DNA of 64,000 bases from an uncultured Chthoniobacterales bacterium. Its GTDB lineage: Bacteria; Verrucomicrobiota; Verrucomicrobiia; Chthoniobacterales; UBA10450. Position numbers and translations under genes: made by a program. Location of the stretch: positions 20,880-84,879 of the forward strand of contig CAXSCV010000001.1 in NCBI GenBank assembly GCA_964235895.1. Direction: 5' to 3'. The first letter of the stretch is position 1; each line of letters opens with the position of its first letter. Of this stretch, positions 37,275 to 46,037 are shown piece after piece. The notes beneath the pieces were generated by a model. That model saw nothing but the letters and a program-made list of their open reading frames with translations. It was not told where the DNA came from and searched no databases.

Positions 37275-38879
37275 TTACGGCTGGTTACTCACGATCACGT
37301 AAGAGCCGCAGGTCGTTTCCTGATGGTAAAAATGAAACTGCGCGGTCAGGCGTTCCTGCCAAAAAGAGGAGCGATCCTTGTCGATCACCAAATAAACCGG
37401 ATGCGATGCGCTGAGTTTTTCCACGATCGCATCCTGCTCTCCTGCGGGCGCGAGAATGCGCGGCGGTCGATCGAGATAAAAATCGAGACTGCTTCCAGCG
37501 AGCGCCGATCCTTCGAACAAAACCTCGCCGGTCTGGCCGAGTTGCGGTTGCAGGAAACGCGCGGCGTTGGCTAACGAGAAGTAGGAACCGAAGCGCGCCA
37601 TCCCTTCGGCCACGCTCATGCCGATCGGTACCATCCCGAGCATGAGCACGGCGATGGCGAGCGTCTCGCGATCCCGCGCGGAAAAATGCGCCGCCACAAT
37701 CGCGAAAAGCACGACGGAGAATCCAGCCAGAACCAACGCTGTTCGGATCCCCGGCCCGGCGATCGGCATCGGCCCGGTGAATCCCGCGGCGCCGGCGATC
37801 GCGAGCATGGCGCCAACCGCTGCGGTAAGAACGATTCCGCCGCTGCGCAACTTTGCCGGTGTTCGTTCCCAAGCGGTCGCGGCGAAGAGCGCGAAGGCGC
37901 TGCTTATTGCGATCGAATCGACGTAGCCGCGTTCCGCCTGAAAAAGTAACGGAGCAAACCCAACCGCTATCCAGCAGAGCGGCAACGCATCCGAAAAATC
38001 GAATTCGTTAGGCCGAAAAACTTTCCGCCAGGCCAAGAAGATCCCGGGCAAGATCAGCGAGGTCGCGGGAAACCAAATCGCCAGATGCGCGCTCAGAAAG
38101 CGCAGAAGCGAAACGCCGTCGTTCGGATTTTGTTCCGGCGGAAAGGCCATCCCGAAGGAATGACGCCAGGCGAGCCATGGCCCGGTCAACGCGAGGAAAA
38201 GAAGAATATTCGGCCAATAGAAAAGCGCGCAAAAGCGAAGGCGCGCCTCGCGAAAAAAGATGGCCAGCAAAAGAAAGATGATCGCGGGAAACAGGAGCGC
38301 GGCCAGACCTTTCGTTAGGCAAAGACCGCCGGCGCAGGCCCACGCGGCCGCGAACCAAAAACGTCGCGTGCTTTGGCGTTGATATCCGCAAACAGCACAA
38401 AAAACAGTCGCGCCGAGGCAGGCGGCGAAGAGCGGTTCCGGTGTGGCCAGGCGCGCCCAAATAAATGAGCCAAGACTGCAAAGGTGAATCAATCCGGCGA
38501 CAAAACCGCGCCAGTAACCGCCGAGCCGTTCGCCGATTAGAAAAGTGAGCGCGATCGCGGAGATCATCGCAAGGGCGCTCGGCACGCGCGTCGCGGCCGC
38601 GTTCAGGCCGAACATTTTGTAGGAAATGACGTTCAGCCAATAAGGCAACGGCGGCCGCGGCGTCGCCCAAGTTTGCGCGCGCGCCATGCTTCGCGCACTG
38701 CTCGCGAAATCACCTTCGGCGCCATTCTGAATTTCGCTCCAGCCCGCGGTGCCGAGTTGCAGAATGGCGGCCAGGACAATGAGGAAAGCGAGGAGCGCGT
38801 GGCGCGTCGGCGGCGGCGGGAGGACTTGCGGCTCGATCAGGATTTCGCCAAATCCGAAAGTGCGAGTGCCGGCAACCAT
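37275..38879 (-). CDS. ArnT/PMT-like (GT39/GT83-type) membrane glycosyltransferase
   Basis: 534 aa, polytopic, with an N-terminal region resembling dolichyl-phosphate-mannose / 4-amino-arabinose transferases. Confidence 0.7.
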   Translation of the reverse strand: MVAGTRTFGFGEILIEPQVLPPPPTRHALLAFLIVLAAILQLGTAGWSEIQNGAEGDFASSARSMARAQTWATPRPPLPYWLNVISYKMFGLNAAATRVPSALAMISAIALTFLIGERLGGYWRGFVAGLIHLCSLGSFIWARLATPEPLFAACLGATVFCAVCGYQRQSTRRFWFAAAWACAGGLCLTKGLAALLFPAIIFLLLAIFFREARLRFCALFYWPNILLFLALTGPWLAWRHSFGMAFPPEQNPNDGVSLLRFLSAHLAIWFPATSLILPGIFLAWRKVFRPNEFDFSDALPLCWIAVGFAPLLFQAERGYVDSIAISSAFALFAATAWERTPAKLRSGGIVLTAAVGAMLAIAGAAGFTGPMPIAGPGIRTALVLAGFSVVLFAIVAAHFSARDRETLAIAVLMLGMVPIGMSVAEGMARFGSYFSLANAARFLQPQLGQTGEVLFEGSALAGSSLDFYLDRPPRILAPAGEQDAIVEKLSASHPVYLVIDKDRSSFWQERLTAQFHFYHQETTCGSYVIVSNQP

Positions 38880-38893
38880 GGGTTCCTGAATAA

Positions 38894-38903
38894 CTCGTTA
38901 GGC
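38894..38903 (+). repeat. Copy of over-represented 10-mer CTCGTTAGGC
   Basis: Exact match. Supplies the Ala-TAA end of the thioesterase gene (minus strand). Confidence 0.9.
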
Positions 38904-39335
38904 GGAGTTGTTCGCGGCCAGGCGATAACGATCCCAATTTTCCGGCAAGCGCTGCAATTTTGCCGAGGGCATTTCGATGATGGCGAGGCTTTGCCGGCAG
39001 TCGGCGATGAGCGTTCCATCCGCGGGGCGCGTCACTTGAAAAGCGCACCAAAAACGCACGCGCTCGACACGCTCGAGCCAGCCTTCGATTAATAAACGAT
39101 CGCCGAGCTTCGCGGCGCGCCGGTAATTGATTTCGGTGCGCACAACCACCGGATACGTCTTCGCTTCGGTCATTTGCACGAGTGGCAAACCGAGATCTTC
39201 CGCGAGCAAAGTGCGCGCTGTTTCGATGAAACGAAGGTAAGCGATGTTGTGCACGACCGCCGCGCAATCGGTATCGAAAAACATCACCTGCACTTCAGTG
39301 CGAATGCGCGGCGCGTCGGAATCCATCGTTAGCAA
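38898..39335 (-). CDS. Acyl-CoA thioesterase (4HBT/YbgC-like hotdog fold)
   Basis: VMFFDTDCAAVVHNIAYLRFIETAR... pattern, 145 aa. Confidence 0.75.
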   Translation of the reverse strand: MLTMDSDAPRIRTEVQVMFFDTDCAAVVHNIAYLRFIETARTLLAEDLGLPLVQMTEAKTYPVVVRTEINYRRAAKLGDRLLIEGWLERVERVRFWCAFQVTRPADGTLIADCRQSLAIIEMPSAKLQRLPENWDRYRLAANNSA

Positions 39336-39336
39336 G

Positions 39337-41232
39337 CTACAGCATTCGCAGGATTGCGGCGGTGACTTCTTCAGACGTGACCGAGTTCATGCAGCGAAAA
39401 TCGATCGGGCATTCGCGCAGAAAACAGGGACTGCAGGCGACGTGACGACGGATGACGACGTTGCCGCCACCGAGCGGTCCGGTAAGACGATCCTCAGTCG
39501 AACCGAAAATCGCGACCACGGGCACGCCGAGCAAGGTCGCGAGATGCATCGTGCCAGTGTCGTTAGTCAGAAGCAGGCGGCATTCGCGCAACTCGTCCGC
39601 GAGTTGATCGAGTGTCGTTAGGCCAATGCGATTCGTGCAACGATCGCCCAATGTTTGACCGATGAGATCGCCAACTTCGCGGTCGGTTTCTGTTCCGAAA
39701 AGCATCCAATGCGCCGGCAGTTTTGCCGCGACGGCTGCGGCCACTTCGGCAAAGCGTTCGGGCAACCAGCGTTTCGCTGGGCCGTATTCCGCTCCGGGAC
39801 AAAGGGCGAGCTTGAACTCGTTAGGCGCATCTCTTGTCGGTGGCGCGGCCAGCGGTTGGAACGGTTCCACTGCTCCGCCGAGATCGCGCACGATTCGCAA
39901 ATAATGACGAACCTGATGTTCGATCGGGCCGGGTCGAACGCGCTCGGGCACGACCTGATTCAAAAGCCAGGAACGCTGATGCCCGCGATAGCCGACGCGT
40001 CGCGGAATTCCGGCGAGCCACACTTCCAGCGCGCTGCGGAGCGAGTTGGGAAACAGAATCGCCACATCGAAGGCGCGTTGCTTTCGGAACAATGTCGCCG
40101 TCGCGAATAACGACTTGTTAGGCAACGAAAGCACTTCATCGACTTCCGGGATCAATTTCCAAACCGGCGCCGTTTTTGCGGGCGCGGCCACGATCACCTG
40201 CGCATCGGGCCGGCCGTGTTTGATTGCGCGAACGGCGGCGGAACTGATCACGCTGTCGCCGAGCCAGTTGGTGCCGCGAATGAGAATTCGAAACGGCTGC
40301 AGGTTCGCGGTCGAACATTCCGGCGGCAGAAAAATTCCGCGTTTGTAATGCGTGAGGAGAAAATTCGGCTTCGGAGTTTTCCAGCGATTGTGCACCCAAA
40401 ACCAATCCTCCGGCGCGCGTCGAATCTGATTGGCGATAGTCTCGTTAGTCTGCGCCGTGATCGTCTCGACGGATTGCTCGGTTTGATCGATCGGAGCGGT
40501 GAAAACCATTCGCCAACGCGCCGCGCCGTCGGTGTAAATCGCCGCGCTCATGACGCTGGCTTTGGTTCGTTTAGCGAGCAATGCCGGCAGCGTGGTAGTG
40601 GAGGCGAGCCGACCGAAGAACGGCGTCCAAAGGCCATGATCGCCCGCGTGTTGATCGCTCAAAATCCCGATGACGCCGCCGCTTCGCAGAAGCGCCACGG
40701 CCCGGTGAAAGCCTTCGCTGCGATCGAATAATTGCACGCCGGCGCGCGCGCGTTTCTCCCGAACATCGGCGTCGATGAAACGATTTCCGAGCGCCTGATA
40801 AACCGTGCCGAGCGGAACGGTTCCGAAATGTTTTGGGAAGACTTGCGCGAAAATTTCCCAGCTCCCGAGATGGCTCAATGCGACTACGGCCGGCCGACCG
40901 CCGCGCATGGCAGCATGCATGATTTCGGGATTCTCCAGCGTGACGCGTTTCGTAACTTCCTCGACCGGCATGGCGCCGAGTTTGAGGCTGGAAAGCAGGT
41001 TGGCGCCGAGTCGTTGGAAATGACGTCTCGTTAGGCTGCGCAATTCCGCGCGCGATTTTTCCTGGCCGAAAGCGATCGTGAGATTGGCGCGCGCCAGTCG
41101 ACGATATCTTCCGAGGAGAAGCCAGGCGCAGAGCCCGAGGATCTCGCCTAACGAGTAAACGAGGCGCAACGGGAGCGCGCGCAGGATTCCCGAGCCGGCG
41201 CGATACAAGAGGTAAAGACTGAAATCGAGCAT
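39337..41232 (-). CDS. Fusion protein: LpxL/HtrB-type lipid A late acyltransferase (N-terminal) plus GT9 heptosyltransferase (C-terminal)
   Basis: N-terminal half has SHLGSWEI (HxGxWE), ILSDQHAG and PEDWFWVHNRWK. C-terminal half has FRILIRGTNWLGDSVISSAAVRAIK and TNDTGTMHLA (GT9). Start taken at MLDFSLY. Confidence 0.8.
   Translation of the reverse strand: MLDFSLYLLYRAGSGILRALPLRLVYSLGEILGLCAWLLLGRYRRLARANLTIAFGQEKSRAELRSLTRRHFQRLGANLLSSLKLGAMPVEEVTKRVTLENPEIMHAAMRGGRPAVVALSHLGSWEIFAQVFPKHFGTVPLGTVYQALGNRFIDADVREKRARAGVQLFDRSEGFHRAVALLRSGGVIGILSDQHAGDHGLWTPFFGRLASTTTLPALLAKRTKASVMSAAIYTDGAARWRMVFTAPIDQTEQSVETITAQTNETIANQIRRAPEDWFWVHNRWKTPKPNFLLTHYKRGIFLPPECSTANLQPFRILIRGTNWLGDSVISSAAVRAIKHGRPDAQVIVAAPAKTAPVWKLIPEVDEVLSLPNKSLFATATLFRKQRAFDVAILFPNSLRSALEVWLAGIPRRVGYRGHQRSWLLNQVVPERVRPGPIEHQVRHYLRIVRDLGGAVEPFQPLAAPPTRDAPNEFKLALCPGAEYGPAKRWLPERFAEVAAAVAAKLPAHWMLFGTETDREVGDLIGQTLGDRCTNRIGLTTLDQLADELRECRLLLTNDTGTMHLATLLGVPVVAIFGSTEDRLTGPLGGGNVVIRRHVACSPCFLRECPIDFRCMNSVTSEEVTAAILRML
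39817..39826 (+). repeat. Copy of over-represented 10-mer CTCGTTAGGC
   Basis: Exact match in the LpxL-GT9 fusion gene (minus strand). Read as P-N-E. Confidence 0.85.
41027..41036 (+). repeat. Copy of over-represented 10-mer CTCGTTAGGC
   Basis: Exact match in the LpxL-GT9 fusion gene. Read as L-T-R. Confidence 0.85.
41146..41155 (-). repeat. Copy of over-represented 10-mer (GCCTAACGAG on + strand)
   Basis: Exact match in the LpxL-GT9 fusion gene. Read as S-L-G. Confidence 0.9.
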
Positions 41233-41345
41233 GCGGAAGCAGCGGTCGGCGCGCGCGGCGGGAGCGTAAATTTGCCTGCGCCTGCCATCAATCAATATAA
41301 TGTCCTGCTGTGCCGGGCTCCGCTCATTCTCTGCGCTCGAATTTC

Positions 41346-43733
41346 ATGCGCTTGCTCACGCAAAAACTCGGCACGCGCGGACTGGTCGTGGTCGGAATCG
41401 CGCGCGCGGAAATTGAAGATCAATTGCAGGCGCTCGGCGCGGACGTGATTGTTTCTCCGTCAGCGAAAGAGTTGCGCGATCTGCTCCCGCAGAATGGCCG
41501 GACGCCGCGGGCAGAGGCGGCGGTTTGGATTTATCCGAAGAGCGGGAGCGATGACAACGCGCAAATCGCCGAGCTCGCGCAGATGACTAACGAGCTCGTG
41601 CTTCTGCCATCGCCAGGTGCGGAACTCGCGAAGCGGCGGCCGCATTTAGTCGAGTGTTTTCGCGAGCTGGGTTTTGTGCCGGATTACGATTTCGATTTGA
41701 GCGAACTGGACAGTGCGGCGCTTCGTTTGGTCCGCTGCGGGAACGGCGCCGTCGCGGAAAATAATGGGGCGATCGAGAACGCGGTCGCGCGTTTGCATGA
41801 GCGCATTCATGGGCTGGAGCGAACCTTGCGCACGCGCATGTCGGAGCTGGAAATGGCCGACCAGCACATCGCGATTCTCGAGGAGAAAGTGCTCAACCTG
41901 AAGGAAGCGAAACGCGCGCTAAAGCAGCTCAAGCAGGAGAAACAGGCGCTGCGAAAATCGCCCGAGCGCAAAGTCGGACAGGTCTTGCTCGCGCCCTATC
42001 GATTGCCGCAAAAATTGTATCGCGAAGTGAGTAAGCGATTGCAGCGAACCGCGCCTAACGAGCAATCGACCAAGGTGGTATCGGCGCGCGCATATCAAGC
42101 ATGGCTCGAGCGGCATCGCGTGATCCCGGCGCAGTTGGAAGCGATGCGCGCGGCCGCGGCGAAGTTCGTGCAAGCGCCGCTGATCAGCATCATCACGCCG
42201 GTCTTCAACACGCCGGTTGACTGGCTGGAACAGGCGATCGCATCGGTGCTGGCGCAGGTTTACCAGAAGTGGGAACTGATCCTGATCGACGATGCTTCAA
42301 CCGATGGAGCGACCCTGGCCGCGCTCCCTGGCCTAACGACACGTGACCCGCGCATTCGAATAATCCGGCGCGAAAAAACCGGCGGCATTTCCGCGGCGTC
42401 GAATGACGGTTTGAAGATCGCGACGGGCGAGTGGATCGGCTTGCTCGATCACGACGATTTCCTGGAACCGGATGCGCTTTTTCGCACGGCCGAAGTGCTG
42501 CAAACAAAACCGGAAACCGATCTGATTTATTCCGATGAAGACAAACTGACCGAGCAGGGTTTCGACGCGCCGATGTTCAAACCGGATTGGTCCCCAGATT
42601 TTTTTCTTTCGTATAATTATCTCTGCCACTTCACCACCTTGCGTCGCTCTTTAGTCGAGGAAGTGGGCGGGTTTCGCCCGGCGTTCGATGGCGCGCAGGA
42701 TTACGATCTTTTCCTGCGCGTAATCGAAAAGACGCAGCGCATTCATCATGTCCCGCGCGTGCTTTATCATTGGCGGCGCAGCGCGAATTCCACTTCCGAT
42801 AACATCCGCCGCAAACCGAAAGCGCTCGAGGCAGGCAAGAAGGCGATCGACGAATATCTGCAACGCCGCGGCGAGCCCGGCTATGTCGCGGTCGATTGGC
42901 GGACGCACGCTTATTGGGTGAAACGCGAGATCGTCCGGCCGCGCAAAATCAGCATCATCATTCCGGCGCGCGATGGCATTCCGCTGCTCGAGCGCTGCAT
43001 CGCAAGCGTGGTAGCGAAGACGAGCTACGACGATTACGAAATCGTGATCGTCGATAACGACAGCCAGAGCGCGGAGGCGCGCGATTATTTTGCACGCACG
43101 CCGCATCGGCTGCTGCATTATCCGGGACCGTTCAACTTTTCGGCCATGAACAATTTCGCGGTCGAACAAACCGACAGCCCGTGGCTGCTTTTTTTGAATA
43201 ACGACGTCGAAGTGATCGAGAGCGAATGGCTGACCGCGATGGCCGAGCACGTGCAACGTCCGGAAGTCGGCGCGGTCGGCGCGCGTTTGCTTTATCCGAA
43301 CGACACCGTGCAGCACGCCGGTGTCGTGCTCGGCGTTGGCGGGATTGCGGAACATGCCTTCCGCGGACTGGGCGCGGAAGAGCCGGGCGTTTGCCGGCAA
43401 CTGCAAGTCACGCGCAATTATAGCGCGGTCACGGGCGCGTGTTTGCTGACGCGCCGCGAGGTCTTTGACGAGATGGGTGGATTCGACGAAGAGCGGCTGC
43501 CCGTGACTTTTAACGACGTCGATCTTTGTCTGAAAATGAGGCGCGCCGGATATCTCGTGGTCTACACGCCGTTCGCGAAATTGTATCATCACGAATCGGC
43601 CACGCGCCGTCGCAGCGAGGAAGCGCGCGAGACGGGCGTGATGCGGGAACGCTGGTCGGATTTTCTTGCGCGCGATCCTTGCTACAATCCAAATCTCTCA
43701 CGCGAGCAGGCCGACTTCTCGTTAGGCAATTGA
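41346..43733 (+). CDS. Large glycosyltransferase with an N-terminal coiled-coil region and two GT2 domains
   Basis: Two GT2 cores (ISIITPVFNT...DDASTDG and ISIIIPARDG...VDNDS) and a coiled-coil around aa 150-220. Start at 41346 or 41310. Confidence 0.8.
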   Translation: MRLLTQKLGTRGLVVVGIARAEIEDQLQALGADVIVSPSAKELRDLLPQNGRTPRAEAAVWIYPKSGSDDNAQIAELAQMTNELVLLPSPGAELAKRRPHLVECFRELGFVPDYDFDLSELDSAALRLVRCGNGAVAENNGAIENAVARLHERIHGLERTLRTRMSELEMADQHIAILEEKVLNLKEAKRALKQLKQEKQALRKSPERKVGQVLLAPYRLPQKLYREVSKRLQRTAPNEQSTKVVSARAYQAWLERHRVIPAQLEAMRAAAAKFVQAPLISIITPVFNTPVDWLEQAIASVLAQVYQKWELILIDDASTDGATLAALPGLTTRDPRIRIIRREKTGGISAASNDGLKIATGEWIGLLDHDDFLEPDALFRTAEVLQTKPETDLIYSDEDKLTEQGFDAPMFKPDWSPDFFLSYNYLCHFTTLRRSLVEEVGGFRPAFDGAQDYDLFLRVIEKTQRIHHVPRVLYHWRRSANSTSDNIRRKPKALEAGKKAIDEYLQRRGEPGYVAVDWRTHAYWVKREIVRPRKISIIIPARDGIPLLERCIASVVAKTSYDDYEIVIVDNDSQSAEARDYFARTPHRLLHYPGPFNFSAMNNFAVEQTDSPWLLFLNNDVEVIESEWLTAMAEHVQRPEVGAVGARLLYPNDTVQHAGVVLGVGGIAEHAFRGLGAEEPGVCRQLQVTRNYSAVTGACLLTRREVFDEMGGFDEERLPVTFNDVDLCLKMRRAGYLVVYTPFAKLYHHESATRRRSEEARETGVMRERWSDFLARDPCYNPNLSREQADFSLGN
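42053..42062 (-). repeat. Copy of over-represented 10-mer (GCCTAACGAG on + strand)
   Basis: Exact match in the GT2 gene. Read as P-N-E. Confidence 0.9.
43718..43727 (+). repeat. Copy of over-represented 10-mer CTCGTTAGGC
   Basis: Exact match in the GT2 gene. Read as S-L-G, immediately before the final Asn codon and the TGA stop. Confidence 0.9.
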
Positions 43734-43740
43734 AGGTTTT

Positions 43741-44487
43741 ATGAAGCAGCCCGATGGCAAACTCTGGAGTGGACTCTCCCCGGAAGCGCAGGCCGCATTA
43801 GTGATGCGCGATTACAGCGCGCCCGATTTTGGGCGGCAAATCGCGGAGGTCGGCGTGGAAGTCAGCAAGTTGATCACGGCCGATCGCAAAGCGGCGGACG
43901 TGCATGCGGCCTGGATTCCGGGGGTGGAAATTTTCAAACGCGCCATCTATCCGCAGCGGCATCGCGGATCGTTCGGCGAGTTCGCGCGGCGCGATGAAGG
44001 CGCGCTCAAGCAGATCGGATTCTGGCCGGCGCAATGGGCGGCCGCGCGGATGTTCGCGCAAACCGCGAAAGGTTTTCACATTCATCCGCCGAGCATTCCG
44101 GAAGGAACGGAAGCGGCGAATTGGTCCCGCCGTCTCTTCGTGGACGAGCCGGAGAATTATTCGCTTCGCCGCTACGACCGCGAGCAATGGGACGTGATGT
44201 TCATCGTGCAGGGCGTGGCGGAAATGATCCTGCGCGATGTGCGCGCGGGCATGCCGACGCGGACGATGCGTTTCATTGTCGATGGCGACGATCATCGTGG
44301 CGCGAACAACGCCGGCATCGTCATTCCGCCGGGCGTGGCGCATGCGATTCGCGTCGAAGGTTCGTCCGATCTGATCATGGTTTACGGCACGAGCACTTCG
44401 TTTCAGCCGGAGTTCGAAGGCCGCATCGCCAGCGAAATCGAGACCGCGACTTTGCCGGAATCCTGGCAGCGTTTTCTTTCCGCTTAA
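43741..44487 (+). CDS. RmlC-like cupin (dTDP-4-dehydrorhamnose 3,5-epimerase-related)
   Basis: GSFGEFAR...AKGFHIHPP...VIPPGVAHAIR cupin pattern. The assignment is moderate. Confidence 0.55.
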   Translation: MKQPDGKLWSGLSPEAQAALVMRDYSAPDFGRQIAEVGVEVSKLITADRKAADVHAAWIPGVEIFKRAIYPQRHRGSFGEFARRDEGALKQIGFWPAQWAAARMFAQTAKGFHIHPPSIPEGTEAANWSRRLFVDEPENYSLRRYDREQWDVMFIVQGVAEMILRDVRAGMPTRTMRFIVDGDDHRGANNAGIVIPPGVAHAIRVEGSSDLIMVYGTSTSFQPEFEGRIASEIETATLPESWQRFLSA

Positions 44488-44499
44488 ATTTTCGCCGCC

Positions 44500-45207
44500 A
44501 TGAAAAAGCGGCAATTCGAGCCGGCCGAGCCGGAGTGGATGGATCGGCCCGACGCCGCGCCCGCGGAACTAGAAGCGGCGCTGAAAAGTTTGCGCGGGCT
44601 CAATCGTTACTTTGGCAGCTACCGCGTGGTGGCGCATTTTATCGAGCGCTGGATCAAGCCTGGCGACCATCTGCGCGTGCTCGATCTGGCCACGGGCTCA
44701 GCCGACATTCCGCGTTTGATCGCGGACCATGCGCGGCGCGTCGGCGCGAAAGTTGAGATTGTGGCGGTGGATTTTCAGCCTTCGACCGTGGAAACCGCGC
44801 GGCGTTTGAGCGCCGGTTATCCGGAGATTGTTTGTGAATGCGCGGACGTCCTGACTTTTCGGTCTAACGAGTCGTTTGATATCGTGATCTGCTCGCTCGC
44901 GCTGCATCATTTTAGCGAGGAAGATGCGGTCCGTTTGTTGCGGCGTTGTCGCGAGGTGTCGCGGCGCTTCGTGCTCGTTTCCGATTTGCGGCGCGGCGTT
45001 CTCCTTTCCGGCGGCGTATATCTTTTAACCCTGTCGATCTTTCGCGATCCGATGACGCGGAATGACGGCCGTGCTTCCGCGCAACGAGCGTTTTCTTTTG
45101 GCGAGCTGCGTGGTTTGGCTTTGCGCGCAGGCTGGCAAAATTATCACTCCGGCCGATTTCGTTTTGCGCGACAAGCGATCTGGCTCGAACCGCAGGATAA
45201 TAAATGA
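44500..45207 (+). CDS. Class I SAM-dependent methyltransferase
   Basis: VLDLATGSADIP (motif I) and DIVICSLALHHF. Confidence 0.8.
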   Translation: MKKRQFEPAEPEWMDRPDAAPAELEAALKSLRGLNRYFGSYRVVAHFIERWIKPGDHLRVLDLATGSADIPRLIADHARRVGAKVEIVAVDFQPSTVETARRLSAGYPEIVCECADVLTFRSNESFDIVICSLALHHFSEEDAVRLLRRCREVSRRFVLVSDLRRGVLLSGGVYLLTLSIFRDPMTRNDGRASAQRAFSFGELRGLALRAGWQNYHSGRFRFARQAIWLEPQDNK

Positions 45208-46037
45208 TGCAAATCATCACCAGCGCGCGGGAAGCGCGGGCGCACGTTGCGCGCGATCAACGGCGACGCGTGCTGGTGCCCACAATGGGGGCGCTCCATC
45301 GCGGGCATCTGGAATTGATTCGCCAGGCGCGCGCGGCTGCGGGCGCTGATGGCGAAGTGACGGTGAGCATTTTTGTGAACCCGCTGCAGTTCGAGCCGGG
45401 CTCGGATTACGAACGTTACCCGCGGCCGGAAAAGGAGGACGAGGAGCTTTGTCGCGCGGCGGGCGTGGATCTGATTTTTCGTCCGTCGCCTAACGAGTTA
45501 TATTTTTCCGATCGTTCGGTGGCGGTGGAGGAAACGGAATTATCGCGCGTCCTGGAAGGCGCTTCGCGGCCCGGGCATTTTCGCGGGGTCTGCACGGTGG
45601 TGACGAAATTATTTCACTTGTTAGGCCCGAGTGCGGCGGTTTTTGGGGAAAAGGATTTTCAACAACTTGCGATCATCCGCCGCATGGTGCGCGACCTGAA
45701 TTTTCCCATCGAGATCGTCGCGGCGCCGACGGTGCGCGAGGACGACGGCCTGGCTTGCAGTTCGCGCAATCGTTACTTGAGCGCGGAAGAACGCGCGCAG
45801 GCGCCGGTCCTGCGCAAGGCGCTGTTGGCGGCGACGCAAAGAAAGGGAAGCGCGGAGGAGTTGGTGAATTTTGCGCGTGCGACGATTGAGGAAGAGCCGT
45901 TGGCGCGGATTGATTATGTTGAGTTGGTGGACGCGGAAAATTTGCGGCGCATCGATCGCGTGAGGCCAAATGCGTTGATCGCGCTCGCGGTTTTCTTCGG
46001 CAAGACTCGCTTGATCGACAACATTCGCCTCCCATGA
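45204..46037 (+). CDS. panC: Pantoate--beta-alanine ligase
   Basis: VPTMGALHRGHLELIRQAR, FVNPLQF and RPGHFRGVCTVV motifs. Confidence 0.95.
   Translation: MMQIITSAREARAHVARDQRRRVLVPTMGALHRGHLELIRQARAAAGADGEVTVSIFVNPLQFEPGSDYERYPRPEKEDEELCRAAGVDLIFRPSPNELYFSDRSVAVEETELSRVLEGASRPGHFRGVCTVVTKLFHLLGPSAAVFGEKDFQQLAIIRRMVRDLNFPIEIVAAPTVREDDGLACSSRNRYLSAEERAQAPVLRKALLAATQRKGSAEELVNFARATIEEEPLARIDYVELVDAENLRRIDRVRPNALIALAVFFGKTRLIDNIRLP
45488..45497 (-). repeat. Copy of over-represented 10-mer (GCCTAACGAG on + strand)
   Basis: Exact match in panC. Read as P-N-E. Confidence 0.9.
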
